64,000 nucleotides of DNA from Planctomycetota bacterium (GTDB taxonomy: Bacteria > Planctomycetota > SZUA-567 > H5-PLA8). Shown here one piece after another: positions 39,240 to 47,429 of this stretch. A program made the translations under genes and the position numbers. The notes below the pieces were generated by a model. That model saw only the letters and a program-made list of their open reading frames with translations, did no database searches and was not told the origin of the DNA. Each line of letters opens with the position of its first letter. The stretch's first letter is position 1. The DNA lies in the NCBI GenBank assembly GCA_016200135.1, contig JACQFI010000115.1, forward strand, positions 1 through 64,000, in the 5' to 3' direction.

Positions 39240-40271
39240 CTAATCCTTCGATAGTCGTGCGGCTTCGTTCAGGAAGGCGCGGTGGTACTCGGGCAGCAGG
39301 CCCTGGGCGTCGGGCCCCAAGTTGAGCAGCAGGTTGGCGCGATGACTGCGGGCGGTGCGGCGCCAAGCGGCAATGGCCGCGGCCGGCGGATGCGCGTACG
39401 CGTGCGTCGGCGCCCAGAACCAGTCGGGCGTGATGGTCGTTGTGTACTCCAGCGGCAGGAACTGCGCCGCGCCGTCCGGGCCGCGATAGTGCGGTTCGAT
39501 GCGGCCCGGCCAGAGCTTACCGCGCCAGACGAAGTTGAAGTGCTCGCAGGTACGCGCGTCCACGGGCGGATAACGCACTTGGCCGCCGCGGTCGCTCGAG
39601 GAGTTGTTTAGCACGAGGCACGCGGGCTGCAGTTCGTGGATGTGCGCGTAAAGTTCCTTCCAACGCCAGCGTTCGCCGAATTTCAGGCCAGAGTTCGGAT
39701 TCGTCTCCCAGGCCGGGTCGTACATCCATTCGCGGGTGGGAAAGTCCTTGTCCCACGCGCCATCGAACCAGACCTGCAGGATCTCTCCGTAGTTCGTGAG
39801 CAGTTCCTTGAGCTGATCCTGCATGTAGCCGGCATAGCGCTCGTCGTCTTCGTAGCGGGGATAGTTGCGGTCCCAGAGCGAGTAGTAGAAGCCGACCTTC
39901 AGGCCCGCCTTGCGGAACGCGGTGGCGAACTCGCCGACGATATCGCGCCGGCTGGGCGAACGCTTGACGCTGTACTCGGTATGCGCGCTGGGCCAGAGGC
40001 AGAAGCCGTCGTGGTGCTTGGTGGTGAGCACCGCGTACTGCATGCCGGCTTCCGCGGCCATGCCCGCCCACTGTTCCGTGTCGAGGCGCGCGAAGTCGAC
40101 CTTCTCGGCGGGGAACTTGCCGTCGCCCCAGCCGGTTCCGGCAAGCGTGTTCGGACCGAAGTGGAGGAACAGACCGTACTCGAGCGCCATCCAGGCCGAC
40201 TGCGCGGCAGTGGGTGCGGGCAAGGCTTCAGGCATTTCGAGGCCCTTTCTAAGAGGCGAGTCGCGAGCCAT
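39240..40271 (-). CDS. Alpha-L-fucosidase (glycoside hydrolase family 29)
   Basis: GH29 core YAVLTTKHHDGFCLWPS ... VGFYYSLWDRNYP ... WFDGAWD. Confidence 0.7.
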   Translation of the reverse strand: MARDSPLRKGLEMPEALPAPTAAQSAWMALEYGLFLHFGPNTLAGTGWGDGKFPAEKVDFARLDTEQWAGMAAEAGMQYAVLTTKHHDGFCLWPSAHTEYSVKRSPSRRDIVGEFATAFRKAGLKVGFYYSLWDRNYPRYEDDERYAGYMQDQLKELLTNYGEILQVWFDGAWDKDFPTREWMYDPAWETNPNSGLKFGERWRWKELYAHIHELQPACLVLNNSSSDRGGQVRYPPVDARTCEHFNFVWRGKLWPGRIEPHYRGPDGAAQFLPLEYTTTITPDWFWAPTHAYAHPPAAAIAAWRRTARSHRANLLLNLGPDAQGLLPEYHRAFLNEAARLSKD

Positions 40272-40480
40272 CTATAAGGAGGTGTATCCCGCAAGGCGGT
40301 GTATGCGCGCAGCGATGTATGTGCACATAAACTTAAGTTTTACATGACGTTGTATTTTTTAAGCCCAGGACCCTCCACAAGGCGTACGTTGTAGCGCAGA
40401 TATAACCGGCAAATTATAACTGGGCTTGGAGTTGCAAAAAGCTAGACCGCGGGTAGGAAAAACATCTTACACGGTCTTGT

Positions 40481-40503
40481 AACCTTATTATAATTATAAG
40501 GTT
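40481..40503. promoter_or_regulatory. Palindrome AACCTTAT-tataatt-ATAAGGTT in an AT-rich intergenic region upstream of 40661 gene; operator-like
   Basis: Perfect 8-bp inverted arms read directly. Embedded in an AT-rich patch (40272-40660) that contrasts with the ~65% GC background. Confidence 0.35.
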
Positions 40504-40660
40504 GTATCGTATGAGTCCTGGAAAGTGGAACCCGATGAGCGCGGCACATCCTTAATAAAGCGCACATGTAGCCATTGAATTCGGATTATAGACGCATTCT
40601 TACCGTGCTATACAGGAGAGAAGGGAAGTCATTGCGCCTCTCACTAAAAGGAGTGCAAAG

Positions 40661-41647
40661 ATGCCCGCGCTTGAAGCCCGTTCGCAGTCGAAACTCGAAG
40701 CCGTCTTTACGCCCGGACCCATCATCTTGGATTTTGATGACCACGAGTACAATCCCTGCAACGACCTGATTTTCCCCACGATCGTCAAGGCAAAGGGGTA
40801 TCTCGAAAAGCCCCTCAACGCCTACTACATGTACTATGCGCCGCACGATCCACCCGGCGGCATCTGCCTGGCGCATGCGCCTTCCATCGAAGGGCCGTGG
40901 ACCGAGTACCGGCCCAACCCGCGCATCTCGAAGGACTGGCTGCCGCACTACAAGGTCGGCCACGTCTCAGCGCCGCACGCGCTCTGGAACGCGAAGGAGT
41001 CCAAGCTCTTCGTCTACTACCACGGCGATAACGACCAGACCCATTACGCGGTCTCCAAGGACGGCGTGAACTTCGAGTACGGCGGTGTCGCGGTCGACCA
41101 GCGCCATTACGCCGATTTCAAAGAAGGCACGTACGACCGGGTCTTCTACGGGCGTGTCTTCGAGCACAAACTTCCTTCCAAGAACAATACTTACGTCTTC
41201 CTCTTCGCCCGAAGCTGCGGACATCCACCCAATGCCGAGACCGTCGCCAGGAACGGAATTTACCTCTCGTGGTCGAACGACGGGCGCAAATGGAGCACGC
41301 CCGTGCGCATCATCACGAAGGGCGAGGGCATGGGCTTCGTCTGCAGCCCGTGTCTCTTCACTCTGGGCGGTCGGCACTACATTGCGTATCACGCGGACTT
41401 CCAAGGCTACACGGATACCTGGGTGGACGAGTTCGACGTGGAACTCACCACGCGCAAGCCGATCGGTCGGCTCTTCGATCACCGCAATTACGGCGAGAAC
41501 AATCCGCGCGTGAGCGACCCGCTGCTTTACTTCGAGGGCGAGACGGTCTACCTCGTGAACGCCACCGGGAAGGTGTTCAACCAGCGCTTCACGCTGGCGA
41601 AGGCGAAGGTCAAGGACTTGGAGAAAGAACTCGCGGCACGCGGCTGA
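40661..41647 (+). CDS. Putative glycoside hydrolase (5-bladed beta-propeller GH43/GH117-like fold), function uncertain
   Basis: Composition and motifs (YYMYYAPHD, HYIAYHADF, many Tyr/Trp/Asp) resemble beta-propeller GHs. This is not a confident family assignment. Confidence 0.45.
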   Translation: MPALEARSQSKLEAVFTPGPIILDFDDHEYNPCNDLIFPTIVKAKGYLEKPLNAYYMYYAPHDPPGGICLAHAPSIEGPWTEYRPNPRISKDWLPHYKVGHVSAPHALWNAKESKLFVYYHGDNDQTHYAVSKDGVNFEYGGVAVDQRHYADFKEGTYDRVFYGRVFEHKLPSKNNTYVFLFARSCGHPPNAETVARNGIYLSWSNDGRKWSTPVRIITKGEGMGFVCSPCLFTLGGRHYIAYHADFQGYTDTWVDEFDVELTTRKPIGRLFDHRNYGENNPRVSDPLLYFEGETVYLVNATGKVFNQRFTLAKAKVKDLEKELAARG

Positions 41648-41665
41648 CGAACGGGGGAACGTCCC

Positions 41666-42700
41666 ATGTTTCACGACGTGGTCCTGCGGGATACGCGCCC
41701 CGAAGACTGGCCCGAGCAGCGGGCGCGCATCCGCGAGCGGGTGATGCTCTCCATGGGCAAGGCGCCGGACGTTCGCGTCGAGCCTCGCTTCGAGATCCTC
41801 TCCGAGTACGAGGCCTACGGGCTTCGGCACCAGAAGATCCGCTTCTCCGTGCTGCCCGACGAATACGGTCTGGCGGTCCTGGTGCTTCCCAAAGGCACCA
41901 GCCCGGCCAATCCTGCTCCCGCAGTGGTGGTCTGCCACGGCACGTACGGGTGGAAGCACGGCAAGTGGGGGCCGTTGTGCCTCGAACGGCTGATCGACGG
42001 CGGCTGGGGACCGGCGGACTGCGGGTACTCGATCGAGCTGGCCCAGCGTGGGTTCGCGACGGTTACTCCGGACAACTACAAGTGCGGCGAACTGCTCACC
42101 GGCGGCGAGAAGATCTCCGAAGAGGAGTTCCGCACGCGCCGCAAGCAGGTGGTGGAGCAGTTCCACAAGGATTATCCCGAGTGGTCTTTCGACGGCCGGC
42201 GGCTGTTGCATCACCAGCGGCTGCTGGACGTAATGGACCGGATCGAGACGATACAACACGGCAATTACGGCGTGATGGGCCACTCGCTGGGCGGGCGCAC
42301 GGCGATCAATCTCTCCGCGCTCGACGAGCGCATCGCGGTCTCGGTGCCCTCGGCGGGGATCAGCCCGATCTTTCCCAACGTTCCGTCCGCTCTGCGCAAC
42401 CCGTCCAAGAAACCGCCCTTTACCGCCAATGAGACCGCGAGCTGGTTCCCTTACGATTACCAGGATATGTTCGCGCTGAACGCGCCGCGCCCGCTGTTGC
42501 TTCTCGAAGCGTTCAACGACGGCCTGAGTCCCAACATCGAGTCCGGCTTTCAATGCTTCCTGAAAGGGCAGCGCGCGTACGCGCTGCTGGGCAAGCCCGA
42601 GTGTTTCTGCTCGCTGACCCATGGCGACGGCCACGCCACCGAAGGATACGTGCGCCAGTTCGCGTATAGCTGGTTCGAACGCTGGATGCTGAAGCGCTGA
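41666..42700 (+). CDS. Alpha/beta-hydrolase fold esterase (AXE1/dienelactone-hydrolase-like; putative carbohydrate esterase)
   Basis: Nucleophile elbow GHSLGG, plus downstream acidic and His residues. The antisense ORF 40967-42703 was rejected as Arg-rich. Confidence 0.65.
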   Translation: MFHDVVLRDTRPEDWPEQRARIRERVMLSMGKAPDVRVEPRFEILSEYEAYGLRHQKIRFSVLPDEYGLAVLVLPKGTSPANPAPAVVVCHGTYGWKHGKWGPLCLERLIDGGWGPADCGYSIELAQRGFATVTPDNYKCGELLTGGEKISEEEFRTRRKQVVEQFHKDYPEWSFDGRRLLHHQRLLDVMDRIETIQHGNYGVMGHSLGGRTAINLSALDERIAVSVPSAGISPIFPNVPSALRNPSKKPPFTANETASWFPYDYQDMFALNAPRPLLLLEAFNDGLSPNIESGFQCFLKGQRAYALLGKPECFCSLTHGDGHATEGYVRQFAYSWFERWMLKR

Positions 42701-42737
42701 CAAAGCGTCTGGTATGGGTTAGGCTACGGGTGCAGAC

Positions 42738-44174
42738 ATGCGCAACCGACGACCTTTTGCACTCCTCTTGTCGCTGGCATGCCTGGCCGCCGCTATGGGC
42801 CAAGAGGCCGCGCCGCCGGTTCCGCTTGCGCCCTTGCCGGAAGGCGAGACGGGCATCTCCTCCAAGTATCCGGGCGACGCGGGCATCGGGAAAGATCCCC
42901 AGGTTATCTTTGAAGACGATTTCGAGGCCGGCCTGAGCAAGTGGGATACCGACGGCTGGGGCGGAGCGGCCGCGACCAAGCAGGCCGAACATGTCCACCG
43001 CGGCTCCGGCGCGATGGAACTCGAAATGAAACCGCCGAGCCCGGGAAAAGAGACAAGCCTGGGCGTGCAGAACCATTTCAAGACCGGATACGACGTGATC
43101 TTCGTGCGCTGGTATGCGAAGTTCGATAAAGACATGGACATGCTGCACCATAACCACAACAACTGCTGCATCGCCGCGCGCGCCCCCGGCGTGCCCGACG
43201 CCAAGCCGGGCATCCCCGCCGACGGGAAGAACGAGTACACGGTCGCGATGGAGACTTGGCGCTCCGAAGAGAAAGTCAAGCCGCCGGGCGAATGGAACAT
43301 CTACTGCTACCATCCGCAGCAGCGTTCCCAATGGGGCGACCACTTCTTTCCTTCGGGGCTGATCCTGCCGCAGCCGACGGCGAACTCGCCTAAGAATCTC
43401 TTCGGCAAGGATTTTGTCGCGCGGCCGAACGTCGTGCCCGAGCGCGACAAATGGAACTGCTACGAACTGATGGTGAAAGCGAACACGCCGGGGCAACTCG
43501 ACGGCCGCATTGCCTTCTGGATCGACGGCAAGCTGGCCGCGGACTTTCCCAACCTGCGGCTGCGGGACGTGGAGACCCTCAAGGCCAACCGGATCGGCTT
43601 CGGGCTCTCCACGTTGAACAGCAACGCCACGAACGTGAATACGATGTGGTTCGACGACCTTGTGGCCGCCACGTCGTACATCGGGCCCATCGCCTCCGAG
43701 CGCAAGCCCGCGCCGCCGCCGGTGGCGGCGAAACTCGCGCCTCCTCCGGAAAAGCCGCCCGCGGCGCCGGCGGTAAGCGCCCAGGCGCTGGCGGTATGGG
43801 AGGCGAAGCTCGCCGCGCGCGTCACGCAGGGGCTGAAGGACGGCCAGCGGCCCACGGCGCATTTGAAGGTAATGGGCGCGAAGGAAGAACCGGTTAAGGT
43901 AGTGGGCTCGGACGGCAAGACGCTGAAGCTCGAGATCGCCGGCAATACGTTGCCGCTGCCGTGGGCGCAGCTCACCACGGGCGACCGCCTGAACCTCGCG
44001 CGCGCGTTCCTTAAAGAGGACAGCGTGGCCGACCTCGTGCTGGTCGCGGTTTTCGCGCTTGCCGACGGCCGCGCGGAACTCTCCGAGGAATCCTTCGCCA
44101 AAGCGCAAGCCGCCGACGCCAAGGCCGGCGCGGCCAGCGTCGCGGAGGCCCGCAGTTCGCTCGGGTTGAAATAG
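42738..44174 (+). CDS. Secreted hypothetical protein, possibly jelly-roll polysaccharide-lyase/glucanase-like
   Basis: Signal peptide MRNRRPFALLLSLACLAAAMGQEA, then a beta-rich aromatic domain followed by an Ala/Pro-rich linker and a C-terminal domain. The functional assignment is speculative. Confidence 0.45.
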   Translation: MRNRRPFALLLSLACLAAAMGQEAAPPVPLAPLPEGETGISSKYPGDAGIGKDPQVIFEDDFEAGLSKWDTDGWGGAAATKQAEHVHRGSGAMELEMKPPSPGKETSLGVQNHFKTGYDVIFVRWYAKFDKDMDMLHHNHNNCCIAARAPGVPDAKPGIPADGKNEYTVAMETWRSEEKVKPPGEWNIYCYHPQQRSQWGDHFFPSGLILPQPTANSPKNLFGKDFVARPNVVPERDKWNCYELMVKANTPGQLDGRIAFWIDGKLAADFPNLRLRDVETLKANRIGFGLSTLNSNATNVNTMWFDDLVAATSYIGPIASERKPAPPPVAAKLAPPPEKPPAAPAVSAQALAVWEAKLAARVTQGLKDGQRPTAHLKVMGAKEEPVKVVGSDGKTLKLEIAGNTLPLPWAQLTTGDRLNLARAFLKEDSVADLVLVAVFALADGRAELSEESFAKAQAADAKAGAASVAEARSSLGLK

Positions 44175-44479
44175 ATCGTACCTCCGAGCTTGCCTGCGCC
44201 AGCCTGAACCACCGCAAATCCTCGCTGCAATCGTTCGCAACGCGAGCCGATGCTTCGATCAAGAGGCGCGGCAGCCGCGCTCGAATATTTGCCGGTTAAA
44301 TGTGCTCGCGTTGGTTATCGAGTGAAGGTCGCCTGGGAATTGTATTGATAAACCATTCAAAAACATAAAGATGTGTGAACGATAATTCTTCAGACTGCAT
44401 GGGAATCCCGGTTTATTCCGTCTTGGTTCGAATGCGTGCGGTCCGCTCGACGTCGGTGCGAATGGGGAGGGTTGAAGCG

Positions 44480-46339
44480 ATGAAGATGCAACTTTCGGCG
44501 AATGCTTGCGCGTGGCTCTCGGTTTGGACGTTTCTCGCACTCGCGTGGGGGACTCGGACGGCGCAGGCGCAGGACGAGAAACCCTTCACATTGCCCGACG
44601 AACGCAAGATCGACTGGAAGCCCGGTATTCCGGGCGGCATCCCGAACTATCCCGTCTTCGCCAACGCGAAAGACGCGCCCTACAACGCCAAAGGCGACGG
44701 ACAGGCCGACGACACCGCGGCGCTCCAGAAGGCGCTGGACGAATGCCCCGCGGGCAAGGCCGTCCTCGTGCCGCAAGGAACGTACAAGCTCACCGACGAA
44801 CTGCGCATCACCAAAGGCATCGTGCTGCGCGGCGAGGGCCCCGAGAAGACGCGCCTGATCAACGAGGCCACGACGAAACAGATTATCGGCATCTGCAACT
44901 TCGACGAGAAGGAAGTGAAGTCGAAGATCGTCAAGGGCGGCACCAAAGGTTCCACGAGCGTGACGGTGGAAGACGCCGGCGCGTTCAACGTCGGCGACAT
45001 GCTGGTGATCGACGAGAAGAACGATCCGGACCTGGTGGACAGCAAAGGCTGCGGCGGCGCGTGCACCTGGGCCAGCCGGGACGGCGGCGCCCGGGCGCTG
45101 GGGCAGCTCGCGCGCTTGGAGGCCAAGGACGGCAACACGCTTACCTTAAGCCGCCCGCTCTACCACACCTTCAAGGATTCGCTTGAGGCGGAGGTCTTCA
45201 AGACGCGCAAGGCGTACATCGACCACGCGGGCGTGGAAGACCTGTACATCGAGAGTAAGGCGCCCAAGCGGACCGACGAGAAGTCCTCGATCAAGATCTG
45301 GAACAGCATGTACTGCTGGGTGAAGAACGTCGAGTCGTACAAGTGCTGGTTCGGCGGGCACGTGACGTTTCAGCGCAGCCTGGGCTGCGAGGTGCGGGAC
45401 TGCTACTTTCACCACACGAACGCGTTCGGCGCGGGCCACGGGTATGGCGTGTGGCTCTTTGCAGGCACCACGGACACCCTGGTGGAAAACAACATCCTCT
45501 ACTACCTAAACAGCGGCGCGCTGGCCGAGTGCAGCGGGCCGGGGAACGTCGTCGGATACAATTACTGCGGCCGGTTCTTTGGCCGGGACTATCCGGAGAC
45601 GGACTGGGCCTACGCCGGCCTGACCACCCACGGCGCGCACTGCTGGATGAACCTGTTCGAGGGGAATATCGCTCCCGGAATCGGAGGGGATTTCTACTGG
45701 GGCTCCGCCAGTCACAATACCGCTTTCCGCAATTACATTCATATGGACCAACTCATGGCGGACGGGCAGCCGATGCCAACGGCCGTGATCGGCATTCGTT
45801 GGGACCAGCGCAACTACTTCAACTCCGCGATCGGCAACGTGCTCGGGCATGAGGGCCTTCAGGGCGCCCTGGAAGGCGGCGCGGACGTGGGGCTCGATAA
45901 GAAGCAGATCTGGCGCATGGGGTACAACGCGCCGAGCACCGGGGGTGCCCCCAGCGATCCCAAGACCGCGCAGACGCTGCTCCGGCATGGGAACTTCGAT
46001 TACATCAGCGGGAAGACGCAGTGGGCCGAAGGGCTCTCCGAACACGCGCTGCCGAAGTCGCTGTACTTGAGCGCCAAGCCCGCGTTCTTCGGCGAGTTGC
46101 CGTGGCCGGCGATCGGCCCGGACCTTAAGCCGATGACCGGCACGATCCCGGCGCAGGTGCGTTTCCTGAAAGTTCCCAAGGCCGAGCGCGAGGCGCAGGA
46201 CCTGCTCTTCATGGGCGAGTACCTGCTGCACGCGGGCAAGAAGAACGAGGCCAAGGCGGCCCTGCAGCAGATTGTTTCCAAGTACGCCGAGTCGCCCTCG
46301 GCGGAGCAGGCGAAGAAGGACCTGGAGCAGATTAAGTAA
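44480..46339 (+). CDS. Right-handed beta-helix protein of the pectate-lyase superfamily (Pectate_lyase_3-type N-terminal motif), likely glycoside hydrolase/lyase, with C-terminal TPR-like tail
   Basis: Signal peptide MKMQLSANACAWLSVWTFLALAWG. NAKGDGQADDTAALQKALDE is the hallmark start of the pectate-lyase-3 beta-helix domain. Repetitive Gly/Asn-rich beta-helix rungs follow. Confidence 0.6.
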   Translation: MKMQLSANACAWLSVWTFLALAWGTRTAQAQDEKPFTLPDERKIDWKPGIPGGIPNYPVFANAKDAPYNAKGDGQADDTAALQKALDECPAGKAVLVPQGTYKLTDELRITKGIVLRGEGPEKTRLINEATTKQIIGICNFDEKEVKSKIVKGGTKGSTSVTVEDAGAFNVGDMLVIDEKNDPDLVDSKGCGGACTWASRDGGARALGQLARLEAKDGNTLTLSRPLYHTFKDSLEAEVFKTRKAYIDHAGVEDLYIESKAPKRTDEKSSIKIWNSMYCWVKNVESYKCWFGGHVTFQRSLGCEVRDCYFHHTNAFGAGHGYGVWLFAGTTDTLVENNILYYLNSGALAECSGPGNVVGYNYCGRFFGRDYPETDWAYAGLTTHGAHCWMNLFEGNIAPGIGGDFYWGSASHNTAFRNYIHMDQLMADGQPMPTAVIGIRWDQRNYFNSAIGNVLGHEGLQGALEGGADVGLDKKQIWRMGYNAPSTGGAPSDPKTAQTLLRHGNFDYISGKTQWAEGLSEHALPKSLYLSAKPAFFGELPWPAIGPDLKPMTGTIPAQVRFLKVPKAEREAQDLLFMGEYLLHAGKKNEAKAALQQIVSKYAESPSAEQAKKDLEQIK

Positions 46340-46357
46340 GCGAAGCCGCGAGCGCGC

Positions 46358-47047
46358 TCAAAGTTGCTTGATGGAATATTCGCAGACGAGCATGCGTCTG
46401 GCGGTCTCGTCGTGAAGCTCACAGCGGAAGCGCGCCGCGTCGCGCACCGGATGGCCCAAGACCGGAACCGTGCCCGAGTAAACGACCAGGCCATCGCACG
46501 CGGCGGCCTTTCCGTGGGAGAGCACGTGGTCAAGCAAGACGCGCGGCGGCAGGAGCGCGCTTAGTGGCGAACACTGGTAAGGTTCGAAAGCCGCGGCCGG
46601 TTCCGGCGCGACGAAACTCATGAGCATCAACTGGTCCCACCGCAATTTGACTTCCTCGAAGCGCCAGACCCTGCGCGAGGCCACGTTGGGGCAGATCTGC
46701 TTGGACTTCTCGATGCTGAGCGCTTCGAGCTCGCGGTCGGTGTGATCGCTGCCGACGCCGACGAAGATATCCTTTCCACTTAGAAAAAAGACGACTTCGG
46801 CCTCGCCGCTATTCCTACACGGCCAAATCTCAATTTCGCCGTCCAGCGTGATGTTCCGGCTCGCGACGGGAATGCAGAGAGGCACGGACGGCGGCGGGGG
46901 CACACCTTGCTCCGCGAGTTCGTCGATGTGGGCGCGCACCGCGGCCTGGTCTCGGCCCGCATAGCCGACGTTGACCATGCGCCGCACGGCGAATTCCAGC
47001 GGACGAACTGCTCCGCCGGCGTCGAGTTCGAGTTGCAAAGTATTCAT
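46358..47047 (-). CDS. DUF2848-family protein
   Basis: N-terminal MVNVGYAGRDQAAVRAHIDELAEQGVPPP matches my recollection of DUF2848; this was not verified. Confidence 0.45.
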   Translation of the reverse strand: MNTLQLELDAGGAVRPLEFAVRRMVNVGYAGRDQAAVRAHIDELAEQGVPPPPSVPLCIPVASRNITLDGEIEIWPCRNSGEAEVVFFLSGKDIFVGVGSDHTDRELEALSIEKSKQICPNVASRRVWRFEEVKLRWDQLMLMSFVAPEPAAAFEPYQCSPLSALLPPRVLLDHVLSHGKAAACDGLVVYSGTVPVLGHPVRDAARFRCELHDETARRMLVCEYSIKQL

Positions 47048-47409
47048 GCGAAGAAATGGACCTCAAAGAGGAGACAGCCTTCGTCGCTACGGAACGGCCC
47101 GTGAGGCACGTGCGGCGGCCGGCAGGCGTATGTCCAGGGTTTAAAGGTCTGGCCGCCGACCGTGAGCGCGCCGGAGACGAGGAAGACCTCCTCCCAGTAC
47201 TCGTGCTCGAACGGTTCGGTGGTGAACGCGCCGGGCGCGAAGCGTAGCAGGCGCGAGCGCGTGCCCTTGCGCCGGGCTTCGTCGAGGGCGCCTGAGAGAA
47301 CTTTCTGCTGAATCTCCGCGGGATAGCCGGCGGGCACTTCCCAGCCCGCGGACATATCCAGCGTGAAGAACTCGAGGTGTTGCTTGAGCATCATGCGTTC
47401 TCCGTTCAT
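47044..47409 (-). CDS. Cupin-domain protein
   Basis: The start is refined to MNGERMMLKQ. A ~120-aa protein with a beta-rich cupin-like composition. Overlaps the downstream gene by 4 nt. Confidence 0.45.
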   Translation of the reverse strand: MNGERMMLKQHLEFFTLDMSAGWEVPAGYPAEIQQKVLSGALDEARRKGTRSRLLRFAPGAFTTEPFEHEYWEEVFLVSGALTVGGQTFKPWTYACRPPHVPHGPFRSDEGCLLFEVHFFA

Positions 47410-47429
47410 GGCGCCGCGTTTCCCCCGCG

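Noticed and set aside
40967-42703. 578-aa antisense ORF over the GH and esterase genes
   Set aside because: Low-complexity Arg/Ala/Val translation. The plus-strand esterase has a GHSLGG nucleophile elbow.
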